Assembly: GCF_006345805.1 (NCBI RefSeq)
Contig: NC_042998.1
Coordinates: 71,858,001-71,922,000 of the forward strand
Direction of reading: 5' to 3'
Length of the DNA stretch: 64,000 bases
Source: Octopus sinensis
Lineage: Eukaryota
In this document: piece after piece, positions 1-12,510 of the stretch
Numbering within the stretch: the stretch's first letter is position 1
How the letters are laid out: every line of letters begins with the position of its first letter
Notes under the pieces: generated by a model
What the model was told of the DNA's origin: nothing
Database searches by the model: none
Seen by the model: the letters and a program-made list of their open reading frames with translations, nothing else
Made by a program: the position numbers and the translations under genes

Positions 1-423
1 CGACGACGCCAGCCGCTCGGAGCGTTGTGGCTGTTGTGACGGCACGTATGCGTCGGTCTCAGTCTAATATTTGTACCGCGGACAATGGGGAAGGCCGACC
101 ACATTGTCGCGATCGGGAGGCATGCGTATGTGCGCTGCGCTGGACCAGCCGAGCTGGTGCCGATGGTGAGCGGCGGCGGTTACTGAACGTCGTTTTCCGG
201 CCCGACGCCCGGGTGCGACATACAATCGCGACTTCGGTTGCATGTAATAGCTCTAGAATTGTCACTGTCATCGACTCTCCTCGCGGTGAGGAATACGGTC
301 CCGAGGATAAGGTTCAGTTCCTGAGCCATTCGCGGTTTTACCATTCATTTACGTCATGAACTTACACATGCATGGCTTAAGCTTTGAGACAAGCATATGA
401 CTACTGGCAAGATCTACCAGATA
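1..423 (-). rRNA. 18S: 18S (SSU) rRNA, 5' portion, running off the left edge of the window
   Basis: Reverse complement from 423 reads TATCTGGTAGATCTTGCCAGTAGTCATATGCTTGTCTCAAAGCTTAAGCCATGCATG...ACCGCGAATGGCTCA...AATTCTAGAGCTATTACATGC, the universal eukaryotic 18S 5' end. Variable regions are divergent and expanded, as known for cephalopods. Confidence 0.97.
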
Positions 424-2150
424 TCATTGCGATCGTTTGACGATGCGGATCAGCGAGCAGAGCCTCTTTTTTCTCCGCGAGTCACACCGACGCGACCGTA
501 GCCAAGTGACGACCCCCACCGCCACCACCACGCGGGGAACGGCGAGAATCGGAATCGGCCACCGCCATCTGGCAAGCGCTCGGGATTCGTCCAGTCGATG
601 GCCGTTCGTATACGCGCGTCCGACGAGGAGGAAACAGTTTACGCTCCGACTACCGCACACCGGGCCGCTGTGGAAGGATGGGCGCTGGTGCGGGTCGAAG
701 AAGAAGCCAGTGGGCCGGTTTCGAGCAGCAGCGCGCGACGCGGCAGCGGACGGTGAACAAGGACGCGAAGTGCAGCGGACCCGCTGCTTCTCAACTTGAC
801 CCGTGCCCGAGCGCGCGTGCGATCGCCTTTCCAAACGGCTGCGACGAACTGCGTCCGGACTGCGGTCAACGAACGTGTGCGATAACGGTCGTAGCCGGCG
901 TCGGCGGCGACAACGCGCCAAAGCAGTGATGCCGGGATAACGAGCGCAAGAGCGGGCGTGCAGTACGCCGCCGCGCAGGACACTGCCAAGGCGTGTTGAC
1001 GAGGGAACGGAGGGCCGTGGCCACCGCGGTGCTCCGGGTGGCGTTGGCGGTCGTTGGCGCCGCAGCGCAGCCTAAGCCGGAAACAACGACCTGCCGGCTC
1101 GTACTTCTTAATGTAGTTGGAACGCCTCCGGCTGTTCCGTGTGGACCGACGATCGCGAGCACGAGAGCGCGGAGCAATCGGCGAAATGCAGGCTGTGCAC
1201 AGCGCGGCTTCGGAGAGCTCATTCGGCCGAGCGGTGGTAACGACCACGCAGCCACGGCCCCGTCGGAATAATCATTAGACGTCGGCCTCTGCCTCCGCTG
1301 CGTGCATAACACATGGAAATACACTCTCGCGGTCGATATCGCTGCCGCCGAGACGACGACCTTTCGATCGTTCCGAACTACTACAACTGACTATTACTCA
1401 ATGCGCCGAATCTGAGTTACTCCTGCCGTTTGCACGAGCTTCGTACGACGCGTGTCTTCTTCGCAACCGACTCGGAGCAGCAGAGATCGTGTTCGAGCGC
1501 CGACCGGCCGCCTGGCACACGCTCTCGTGCTCGATGCCACTGACTACGACGACCGCCGCTTCGGCCACGAGCCTAACACACGGACACTCACTCGCGGTCG
1601 ATATCGTCGCCTTCGATCGCTCCGAATTACTATGACTAAGTACTACTCAATGTTCGACAGCACTGACGACGACGGCCTTTGGATCGCTCCGCCGGTTTGC
1701 AGTCGGCAGACCAGTGGTCGCGTCCGTGAAAAAACATGTCGCTTTGACGGCACAAGACAATCACGTGCACCAGTCTTCCGTCTCGTATCTTTCCTTTGGC
1801 CGCGCTGCGTACTCGCCTCTGCAAGGAAATGGTACCAATTCTGCTATCCCATCGCTCGAATCTTTCTCTTCGTCTTCCTTTCCGTCGCGTGACCAGCGCC
1901 GATCTTTTCCGACCACTCCCACCCGTCTCTCGCTATGTTCGCGGTTTCCGCCGTCGATTAGCTTCTTCTATTTCTCGGGTTCCTCCTTCTAAGATTCGGC
2001 CGCCTCGAAAGGGCGGATCGTGTCATTCTTGAGAAGAGACTCAATAGATCGCAGTTCTACTAAGTACGTAACTCCGAACGGCAAGTCGAGTCGTATGCAA
2101 GCGATCCTTTTCGTCTCGATTACTTCGAACAAGAAGAAATAACAACAAGG
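424..2150 (-). other. 5' external transcribed spacer (5' ETS) of the rDNA unit
   Basis: GC- and CpG-rich sequence directly 5' of the 18S start on the minus strand. Composition grades into AT-rich DNA at about 2150-2200. The upstream boundary is approximate. Confidence 0.75.
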
Positions 2151-2173
2151 TCTAATTATATTCATAGGCGACA

Positions 2174-2183
2174 CACTTATAGA
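2174..2183 (-). promoter_or_regulatory. Possible Pol I transcription-initiation motif (TCTATAAGTG on minus strand)
   Basis: Resembles the TATA-purine-rich initiator of invertebrate rDNA promoters and sits at the GC-to-AT transition. Motif is short and unverified. Confidence 0.15.
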
Positions 2184-2832
2184 ATGCAGATGAAACAACC
2201 GCGAAACATCATTTAAGTTTCTCGAAGGTTCAGAATTTCAGTTAATATAAGGACAATGATTCATAGTAAAGCTTTATCTGTTTGTCAGCATAATTGCATT
2301 TTCAAAACACTGAAAGAATTCTATTGGATAAACCAAATTGTCTACAAGAAAATAGATAGGAAATTCGTTTATTCGATTATTTACCGCTATCTCTTAGCTA
2401 TATTAAACATAAATGTGCAGGTAAACGTCAAGAAATTTCAAAAGAAATTGCTTCACACCAGTCTGTTGATTGGACACCAGACCTAGAGCAGATCAGTAAG
2501 AAGTTTGCAAATATTAAAATATATCTGCCGCATGGAAATAAGTATGATTATTTAATGAGTTACTGACTGATTTATTTATATATACAATGTTATATATTTC
2601 ACTTATTTCGCAGTTATGATTCATAACATATTTTCTCCTCGGTTACGTCACAGAAATTGTATTTACGAAATTATAGCAGTTTAATTACAAACGTTAGATT
2701 AAGTTTAAAACAGAAAAATAAGAGAAGCCCGTTGGGTAGTGGAATTGTATGTTCTTGTCACAAAGTTTAATAACAAAGCACTTCAGCCTTAATTACGTAT
2801 AATCAATTACACACACACACATACAAACACGT

Positions 2833-3085
2833 GAAGGCTCATGGCTTAGTGGTTAGGATGTTAGTCTCATGATCCTCAGATCATGATTGCGGTTCCTGGA
2901 CCAGGCGAAGCATTCTGTTTTTGAGCAAAACACTTCATTTCATGCTGCTCCATTTCACTCATCTGGCCAACATAAGCAATCCTGCGACAGAGCGGCATCA
3001 CGTCCAGGTGGAGAATATATACGGCACAAGAACCGAGACACCAGCTCTTATGAATCGATATGACCCAAGAAAGAAACTTTACTTT
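2833..3085 (+). mobile_element. tRNA-derived CORE-type SINE (octopus OR-like), decayed
   Basis: tRNA-like head GGCTCATGGCTTAGTGGTTAGG (A box) and GCGGTTCCTGG (decayed B box), followed by the CORE-like TTTTTGAGCAAAACACTTCATTTCA. Confidence 0.75.
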
Positions 3086-6000
3086 TGCGCAAGCACAAAC
3101 ACGCGTACACACACATATATATAAATATAGACAATTTCTCACGTAAACGTTTTAAACATGCATTGAAGAATAAATTTGTCTACTATCAGAAACAAAAGCG
3201 TATTTCAGGTATAAATTATAATGACGGGTATTCTAGAACTTAGAGAAATAAGAGTAATGACAGTGGTTTAGTTGATGACGTTATAAAGTCAAGGAATAGC
3301 ATTTATAAAGTTAAAATTAAAAGGGAGGACAAAATAAACGAATGTGTAGAAATTTAAAATTTGTTCATATGCGCATCCCTTTATAAAAGAGTGGCGCTAA
3401 CACGCGTACATATACAAGGAAAGATAGGGAAATAAATGGTAAATTATTATAATATATAAATAATTAACAGTGGTTCCTGATATTGTTATATACTAGAGCG
3501 TTCATACAAATTACACGCAAATAAAGAAATAAAGACAAGCACTTAGAGAAATTCGTACATACGCATGCAGACGTGGGCAACAAAACACACGCGCGCGCGC
3601 GCACACGCACACACAGAAAATGGAATATTCGCAGATAGAAGAAACGAGAATGAAACAAGAATGTGACTAAAGGAAGTGCAAAGTTTGGGATATCAATAAA
3701 TATTTACCAATAGCATTGTAGTCGCTGAGCAAGAAATATGCGTATAAATTCATTGGAACATTACACAGTTAAGAGTTTTTGCATCAGAATAATTAGATGA
3801 AACTTAATTAAAATTTTACGTCTCTATTATCACAGTTTGCCAATTCTCTAATTTCAGGTACAACTACTCAACACCTGTTTCATTGTAAGCAGCAGGATTA
3901 TGACAGTGATGTTTAACGATGTTTAAATGACTTGGAGCTTTCTCCTACTCAAAAAGGTTATTTTTTAATATTGTGTATAATTAATTTTGTTTCTTCGTTC
4001 CTTTGCTGCTTCTCTGGCATAAGTTAGTGTCAGATAGAATGGCATTAAATTTGGCGCATTTCAGCGCTTGTGCGATTGTTGAATAAATGAAGAGCTATCA
4101 TCAGACTCTAGCGTTCCCTCGCTGCTTACACTATACTGGATTCTACGAGAGACTAAGTGTCTTACCAAGTTAAGGAAACGGTCTCTTGAACGGGATGTTT
4201 TAGAATTTCGTTTATCATTTGTTGTAATTTACAAAGCTTTGTGTCTCATAATGTTCAGCTGCAATATACTCCTCTTCTGAACGAAAATTTTATCGAAATT
4301 GTTTTCTAAGGGAGAGGACATGTTTAGGAATACAGCGTTGTCTTCTTAACTTCGCTATTTCATGATATTAGTAATAATTACTCTATAATACAACAGAAAT
4401 ACAACGGAAACAATTATACATTTTACTAAGTATCGATATTTAAACAGTCTGTAAACAATAATCTTTGCAAGTTTCACATTTCAAATCACAAACCATATTA
4501 TCACTTCACATCTATTCCTTCTCCTGTAATTCATGTATAGTGTCAGAGCAGGTACAATTTCTCTATTTCTATCGATCTCTGTACATCGTTTTCACCCTCT
4601 CTCTATATTTCCCTGTATTTTTGATTCTGAATATCCGAAAGTTTAGATTCTACAACCCTCACACCAATTGAACTCATCGATTTCTCTGTGAACTGTAAAA
4701 CTTAGTAGTAATAGTTGCCAAACGCAGACCATCACCAGTTATATCCAATACCGGATATTGCCTACAGTGCAAGACAATCATGGCGTTTCTTACATATGAA
4801 AGGATGGTAAACATTAAATCGATAAAACTTTCCGATTTCTCTAAAGTTTCAAGTCAAATATAGCAGTCGTAAACACAATTTATTTCTCGAGGCTACTATA
4901 TATAAGAACTATGTAGACTTCTGGATATTTATGTTGATAATAACTTACAGGTGCTTAAAAGACCACGAGAAATATTCAATAGTGTAAAAGGAGTGATTTC
5001 ACCTGCGAGAATGTATGACATCTACTTATAGCAAACAGAGTATTAATATATACTTTTGCCATATTATAAACACTGAACGCAATACAAATAATATCATAAT
5101 GTAAATAAATTTCATGACATAATATTACATTCATTGATTACATACGTCTGTGCGCTTGTTAATGTTTTCTCCTAGGTGAACCTAGTCAAGTAGATCATGA
5201 TAAAACGTATTTCAGCCGTGACTATACATATTTTATTTATTTATTTGTTTATTTTTGGTGGTGGTGGTGATGGTGCTGCTGGGATTCGGTTGAGTGTAGA
5301 TACGACTATATTGTTAATGTGTTTTCTTATTTGTTATTCTTTTATTTTTATTTTTGTAAGTAGGTAAAGCGTTATTCCGATGAAAATAAGTGTGAAATAT
5401 CTTTGAAGAAAGAAAAAAATTAATTAAAAATCAAAAAAATCATTCAACATAAAAAACAAAAAAACAAAAAGAACATGAGAATTAGACCAAACACCCAGGT
5501 ACATACAAAAAGTAAGGTAGTGTCTATCAAAGCTGTATATCCCGCTAAAATAAGCTTCAGTTTTATTATCTTCAACTTGACGATAAATGACATAGCACAA
5601 GACAGAGAGAGAAAATAAAATAAATCTTAAAAAACTACAGAAAAATATGAAACTGAAAAATTAGATTTGTCATCAATACAAAACAGTAGGTAATATATGA
5701 AATGAAGTTTGAGACAATGATAGAACATTCAATGTTCATATGCAAGACTGCATAGTCAAGAAAAGTTGCAATCTAATACATACATTTTGCTAAAACAATC
5801 AAAATAAAGTATTTTCTCACTGAAGTAATGCAAAAGAACACAGACTACAGTCTGTAATAATAAATTATTTTGAAGAGAAAAAAGATACAAAGTCAGAACT
5901 TGTGAAATATGCAAAAACTAAGCTAAAATTTGGGTTTGAAGTTAATATAGCAGACGGAATAGGAATAGACATCTAACGAAATTGTAAACTACTGATCAGT

Positions 6001-6947
6001 TTTAACCATAAGAAAATTACATTTGCAGGTATGACAATTGTATGGAAACATAATGCACCGGAAGACAGTTCTACCAGTGCACTATGAAATACTAAAAAAA
6101 GGTGAAGTTAAAGCATACAAGAAAAATAGTCCCTGATAATGATACAGTGACTATATTCTCGAATATAAGTAAGCGGAAATCAAGGAGACCAGCCACATAT
6201 TTATGTCAAGCCTATTATGAAAGATGTGATTTATGTATTTCTAAAAGCGGTGTGGCCTGTCCAAATATGAAATTTGTTGATGTTGGTGATGATCATTGTG
6301 GTGGTATTGTCGTTGTGGCTAATTTTACTCTTACTAACGCAGTTGCTGTTACGGCTGTTTCTGCTTACTGTCACCTTTGCTGCTGCTATTACCGGCTCTT
6401 GGGCTGCAGATTATGCTGCAGGGATATAGAGAGCGAGATAAATAGAGAAACTATGTTTACGTGTCATACTACACGTGAAATATATAGGTATGAATAGAAA
6501 TGAAGTGGTAATATGGATTTTGATTTCAGGTTTAAAGTGAGTAAATGCAACAGTTGTCCCAAAATCTCATAGACACCTCAGCACCTCCGTTATCATTGGT
6601 ATCGTGCATTTTGACGTGTTGCTGTTGGTATAGCAGTGGCTGTTTTGTCAGTGGTAAGGCCGTCCTTTCTTCCTTGAACGACAAATTATTAAGATGGACT
6701 TTGCTTCTAAACGTGAAACGAGCATTACTTTTTTTTATTGGTGATGGTGGTAGTGGGGGAAAAATATTGCCCCCTACGGGACAAAACGACCAGGGAGCTG
6801 TAGTAAAAAGTACATCGTATTCTCAGCAATTAATTCCAACGAATATTCTACAACAACTGCAACAAACCGTTGAAACAAATAATTTTCCAGAAGACATAGT
6901 GTTCGGAAACACATCTAACGCATTCTGCAGGAAATGTAATAGCAATA

Positions 6948-7200
6948 TTCTTCTTCTTCTTCTTCTTCTTCTTCTTCTTCTTCTTCTTCTTCTCTTCTTC
7001 TTCTTCTTCTTCTTCCTTCTTCTTCTTCTTCTTCTTCTTCTTCTTCTCCTCCTTCTTCTTCTTCTTCTTCTTCTTCTTCTTCTTCTTCTCCTTCTTCTTC
7101 TTCTTCTTCTTCTTCTTCTTCTTCTCCTCCTCCTTCTACTTCTTCTTCTTCTTCTTCTTCTTCTTATTATTATTATTATTAATAATAATAATAATAATAA
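6948..7200. repeat. Compound microsatellite (CTT)n-(TTA)n-(ATA)n
   Basis: Directly visible; causes the poly-Leu tail of ORF 6545..7234. Confidence 0.98.
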
Positions 7201-10200
7201 AATGTTTACAGAAGAAAAGGAGAGAGGAAAGTAAAAGGAGAATAAAATATGTGGAAGAAAAGAAATATATGGATAGTCATATGTTAATCTAAGTCATATA
7301 ACTCTAATATCAGCAACAATATAACAAAGACCAATATCTGGAAATATATGGATTCTCATTCATAATTAATATTTTATTGTTGTTATATCACTTTTTCTGT
7401 CTTCCTTCAATATAATTCAAATTGCTTCAGAAAGCTTAGCAGTAAGAATCAAGTGCTCATATACATGCATATGCATGCAGCACACACTCTCGTGTGCAGA
7501 GTGTATTTGCGTGTGTATGGCTTAGTAATTTTCGTTATGCATTAAAAATATATTTCGAGTGAGGGCTGAAAATTGGATATATTTCAATGCGACACGTTAT
7601 AGGAAAATGTTTATCACTATATGAGATTTGCCAAAGTATGGCTTCAAAATTTTTACAGGATTACTCATCTAAATATTCTTTGCAGTCAGTAATTTTATCG
7701 TTTGAAGGAAGCTTATATTATACAACTAATTGCAGCAACTATGATACACTTAAAATACATTGCATACTAACTAAATTGCTTTATGATATCTGGACCGAAT
7801 TTGCAAAGCTACTGTTAATTCATTAAAATTAATAAAAATTGTGTAACATCGTTTTAATGCAAGCGCTATGTATATAGGAATATGTTCTAGATTTTTCTTT
7901 TTATTATCTCTTATTTACAATATTTGTATCTGCATTTCATGTTCATATGTTTATGTAGTTAAATATGAATCTTTCCTTTAAATTTATCAAGGACAACTAG
8001 AATAAACCATAAACAGTTTGAAACCCTCAATTTGCAATGTCTTCTTAGTTTCATATTTGCAGAAAAGAAGATATGTAGAAATGTTAATATAAAGATTTCA
8101 TGAGAATTTGTAGTAGTAAATTAAAATATGCATTCTACTTTTGGCTGATGGACTTCTTAAGAAGTAGTTATGAGTATATCGGATTTAGTATAGGCAGAAA
8201 GGTTATGTAGGCGTTTAAAAATCGTTTTACAAACAAGAAAAGATGTATTAAACAGGTGAAGGGCATCGCCGATTTAGTGATATACTTCTTGGAGATATAG
8301 AGAGCAATTATATGGATTTACTCGAAGAATTAGGAAAAAGAAAATAGGATTTAAGGAAGAGAAAGTATCGCGTTAAATCAACAGAAAGCAGATTTTGTAT
8401 TGATAAATAGTATTAGTAAACGAAAAGAAATATAATGGCAAAAATGTCATTGCTTACGAAAGTTTTGTTTATATTTCGGGAGACTTAAATGAGGTCGGTT
8501 TGTCGGTATATGTCTGTTTAGAACATGCTCTCTTTGAATGTCAAAAAGCAATAAATCTCTCCATGAAATGGAATACAGAGATGAATTCCGAGGCTTTCAC
8601 AAGACTAAACTATAGCGAAGTATTTGAAGGGGTATTTTTTTTAAAAACTATTATTTTATGGTTGGTTGCCGAGATCAAAGTAGACGACAATACGGGTATC
8701 CATTCGAGAGTCTTCGGAGGACTGAGATTAACTGTTTTGTTTTCGGAGTATTTGTCTTTCGACCTTCGCTCATTTTACTGAAAAAAAAGTACGATTGCTT
8801 CCTTCCAGTAAATAAGAAATTAAATACTTACATACACACCCAAGTTATTATCTGTATGTGTGTTTGTGTATGTGTGTGTGTATGCGGGCTTCACATTATA
8901 CAGCGAAAATTTCAAAATTTATATTCCCTATATTAAAATTTTATTAGGTTTCGTAATACGAGCTGCGTAATGCATTAACATTTACTAAATGTCCCATCGA
9001 TAGATTCACAAGAACGACACACACGCAAACACACACACATACACAAACATGCACACAGACACACATGTACTCACTCACGTAGCAAATACAGTTATATGTA
9101 TATGTGCCTTTGTATCTCTTTGAAGAACAGCTAAAGAGTTCGAAAATAAAGGCGTTTGTCTCATGACCGAATAAGCACTTTGCTTTTGGTTGCGTAATGC
9201 GTGATAACGCTAACGTCATGAAGTCTATTGTACACCAGTATCAGACTTCAATGGCTTAAGTCGAAGTTGAATAATCAGATATCTATTCGGGATTTCTGGT
9301 TGAGTTCAGGCAATGTAGACTAAGTTCTTCTGTGAAGAAATATAACTGATCCCTTAGCAGAAAGTCAGATGGTTTCTATAACACGGCCATGTTTCTTTTC
9401 AACAGTTTGATAGGGTACTGCCTCTATTTGTTTCGTTCTAGTTACTCTTGTATTCCTTACCTAACAATGCTACTGGCCTGGCCATTAACCTCTTTAGAGG
9501 TATTAGGAGTGATTTTATTTTTGTCTCTCCGATCATACCATTATGTGTGAGTGTGTGTGTGTGTTTGTATGTGTGTGTGCCTCTGTGTGTGCATGCGTAT
9601 ACAGGATTGTGTTTGGGCACAAGGTGCACATGATGATAAAGACATATAAAGATAACTGTTTCCAATGCATTCTCTAGCTTTTATAACTTGAACTTGTTTT
9701 AGCCACCAATGGATACTCTTCGGTTATATCTTATAATGTAGACAATGGAAGAAAAGCTTGAGTTCATGAAATGAGAAACATACTGTAACTTAGAGACAAC
9801 GAAAATATCAATGAATTTGAATATAAACCCAATAATAATCAGGGATAATGTTTCTGCACAGTGCTCAAATTGCACCTCATCGACGTTTATTTATTAATAT
9901 CACAGATATTATTGTGATACATATAAAATATGTACTGTCCATACATTTATATATATATATACACTAGATACAGACTCCATCTAAATGTGTATTCACTTAT
10001 ATACATTTCTCCCAAACTGTAGTTCGTGTGTATATGTGATCATCTTTACGGTTAGTAACACAGTACGGGAATAATATGTTTTATATGAATTAAAAATGGA
10101 ATGATATATTGGAAATTATTTAGTGTAGTATTCTTCCAAAAATGTATCGAAAAATTGGTTAGTGAAAATACTAATTGCAATTAAAAACCATACTCAACAG

Positions 10201-11574
10201 CAAAGTCATGTTCAAGAGAGGTATGTTCATTATGAAAAAACTTTATAAAATAGTGCGTTAACCAAATGTAGTATATAATTTAATACAACAATGCTATGTA
10301 ATATTCCGTACAACCGAAGAACCAATAAATGGAAATGTGTGTATCTTATATTAGGTAATGCAGGAAATGCATTAACGCAGAAATTAGACTGAAAATAATT
10401 CTTTACTTCAATCTAATGTCGGGAATAAAACAACTATAAAGTGAGATTTAGACTAAAGTAGAAATACTACTCAATGTCTTATTGTTGAAACCGAAATAGA
10501 TAAATCGGTATGTTTCGATAAAAAAAAACATAATCAAAAACAAAAATATGGAGACACTACATTACACATATTTACTCTAAATTATTTATAGTAAGTGTAG
10601 CTTATGAAGAAATAAAAATATATTAAACGATTCTGTTTGAATTAACACTCGATTTTATATAATAAACCAAAAAATGTATTAGAAATACAACGATAAATAA
10701 ACAAATAAAATATACAGAAAATGCACGTTATGAAAAGTCTTTGCTAATGGATAGATGCACATATCCAGAAATGGTTTGCTAGAATTTTCTAAAGATTTTG
10801 GACAGAATACTATAAACGATATATTTGTATCCCGAAATTCCGTTCAATAGGTATCACATACTTTTGCTTTTGGAATTTGCAAAAAGTATTGTGTTCATGA
10901 TATCTTCACAGTCCGTAGCTTTGAATCAATATAACAGTAAATAGGTTGTGGACTATTGATAAGCACGTTCAAACACTCTTTGATCGCGTATGTTAACGAG
11001 GCTATTGTTCCAGAATGCATCTAATAAATAAAGGCATATTATCAGAATATTACCATAAAAACTACAAATCCACATCTACTAAAATAATAATGCTTATATA
11101 TGTGTGTGTGTATGTGTGTGTGTGAGTGTGTGTGTGTATAAATATTTATAACAATATATATATATATTTACGTGTGTGTATATATATATACACACACACG
11201 CACATATGTACACATATTGACGTCCACCTTAACATACACAAATGCGTATACACAAAGGAACTACTATAAAACACAAAAACACGAACTCGTAGTATATCAC
11301 GGACTTCGCTTTCACCTGCTTGGCCATAATAATACGAACAAAATCCAGAAACAATATATTTTCCGATACCTAAACACTAATAAGTGTATATAATTCGTTG
11401 TTGTATGCCCATAGTTTCTACACGCCCACTCAAAAACGCAAACACATACGAATATATGACAGATATATATACTAGCTATATATACCACCGAGGAATCTAT
11501 TCCCGGCTGGACGTCTGCCATACTTTGTAATCATTTGCATATAATGCATCATATTTGTATATTCTTATATCATT

Positions 11575-11630
11575 TTATTCTTTTACTTGTTTCAGGGATT
11601 TGACTGCGGCCCTGCTGGAACACCGTGTTA
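11575..11630. mobile_element. Short fragment of an abundant octopus SINE-like repeat
   Basis: TTTTACTTGTTTCAGGGATTTGACTGCGGCCCTGCTGGAACACCG matches my recollection of a very common octopus repeat end (…TTTCAGTCATTTGACTGCGGCCATGCTGGAGCACCG). Confidence 0.55.
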
Positions 11631-12386
11631 AATTACATTGCGCGTTGTGCTATTAGACGATTTTTAAAATTATAAAAATCTATAAATATAAATGTTAAAT
11701 ATATATTGATTAATACTAAGTAAAATAAACATGCTTCTCGGCATAAAAACCTTCACTCCAGTAACTCTAATTGCTCTAATCCTCCAAGATCAACTTCTAG
11801 CCTCAAGTAGAAATAGGCATAGCAACCAAATGGTGTATTGTGTCACCGGCTACTCCTACTCTAATAATGTTTCGAAGGTAAGATTATGAATCAAAACGTT
11901 AGACAAACGTTTCTAAATGCAAATTAAATATAATTATTGAAAAATATATCACTTTGTTGAGCTTATCATTCTCTAAACAGCAGTTACGGGCCTCAAAATT
12001 TTATTTAGAATCTATCATAAATCTTTTTCTGTTATGAAATTAAATTGTGCAACGTAGTCTTTCACACCTCCTTTCTATTTCTTAAAAATATTTGGCAAAT
12101 AATTTGACTTAATATCTTCATCATGTTAACAGACATTTCCAACAATGATATTTATAAAATTATGCAGTTTTCAAAATAGATATCCTAAAATCTCTTCCAA
12201 AAACTGTTGCGCAAAATGCATCACATCAACATACCCTACACAGCCTTCCTCGTGGTAAAGCTCTTAGGAAACATATCTCGGTTACATTAAATATAAAGAA
12301 AAGTAACCTTTAATATTGTTTAACAACTCCATATCACATCGAGAGAGTTAAATTGGAAAGTAACCTATGATAATGTATATATATAT

Positions 12387-12510
12387 AGGGAGAGTTTACG
12401 AAAAAAACAAAAGACGAAGACAGGTGGTGTACAAAACAAACAACTGTATTAGTATAACGCTCAGGAATAGAAAAAGGATTTTACGTTTCGAGCATATGCT
12501 TTTGAATTAG
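12387..12510 (-). mobile_element. Penelope-derived terminal (pLTR-like) repeat fragment
   Basis: GGAGAGTTTACGAAAAAAACAAAAGACGAAGACAGGTGG...TACGTTTCGAGCATATGC resembles octopus Penelope-end repeats as I recall them. The minus strand carries a stem-GAAAC hammerhead-like remnant. Confidence 0.4.

Noticed and set aside
27-1992. Numerous overlapping ORFs of 60-200 aa on both strands
   Set aside because: They lie in 18S rRNA and GC-rich ETS where stops are rare; the translations are Arg/Ala-rich with no domains.
6530-6536. 7-nt micro-exon (TTTCAG|GTTTAAA|GTGAGT), and similarly a 5-nt one at 37544-37548
   Set aside because: Frame-shifting lengths, expected by chance in AT-rich DNA, and no supporting context.
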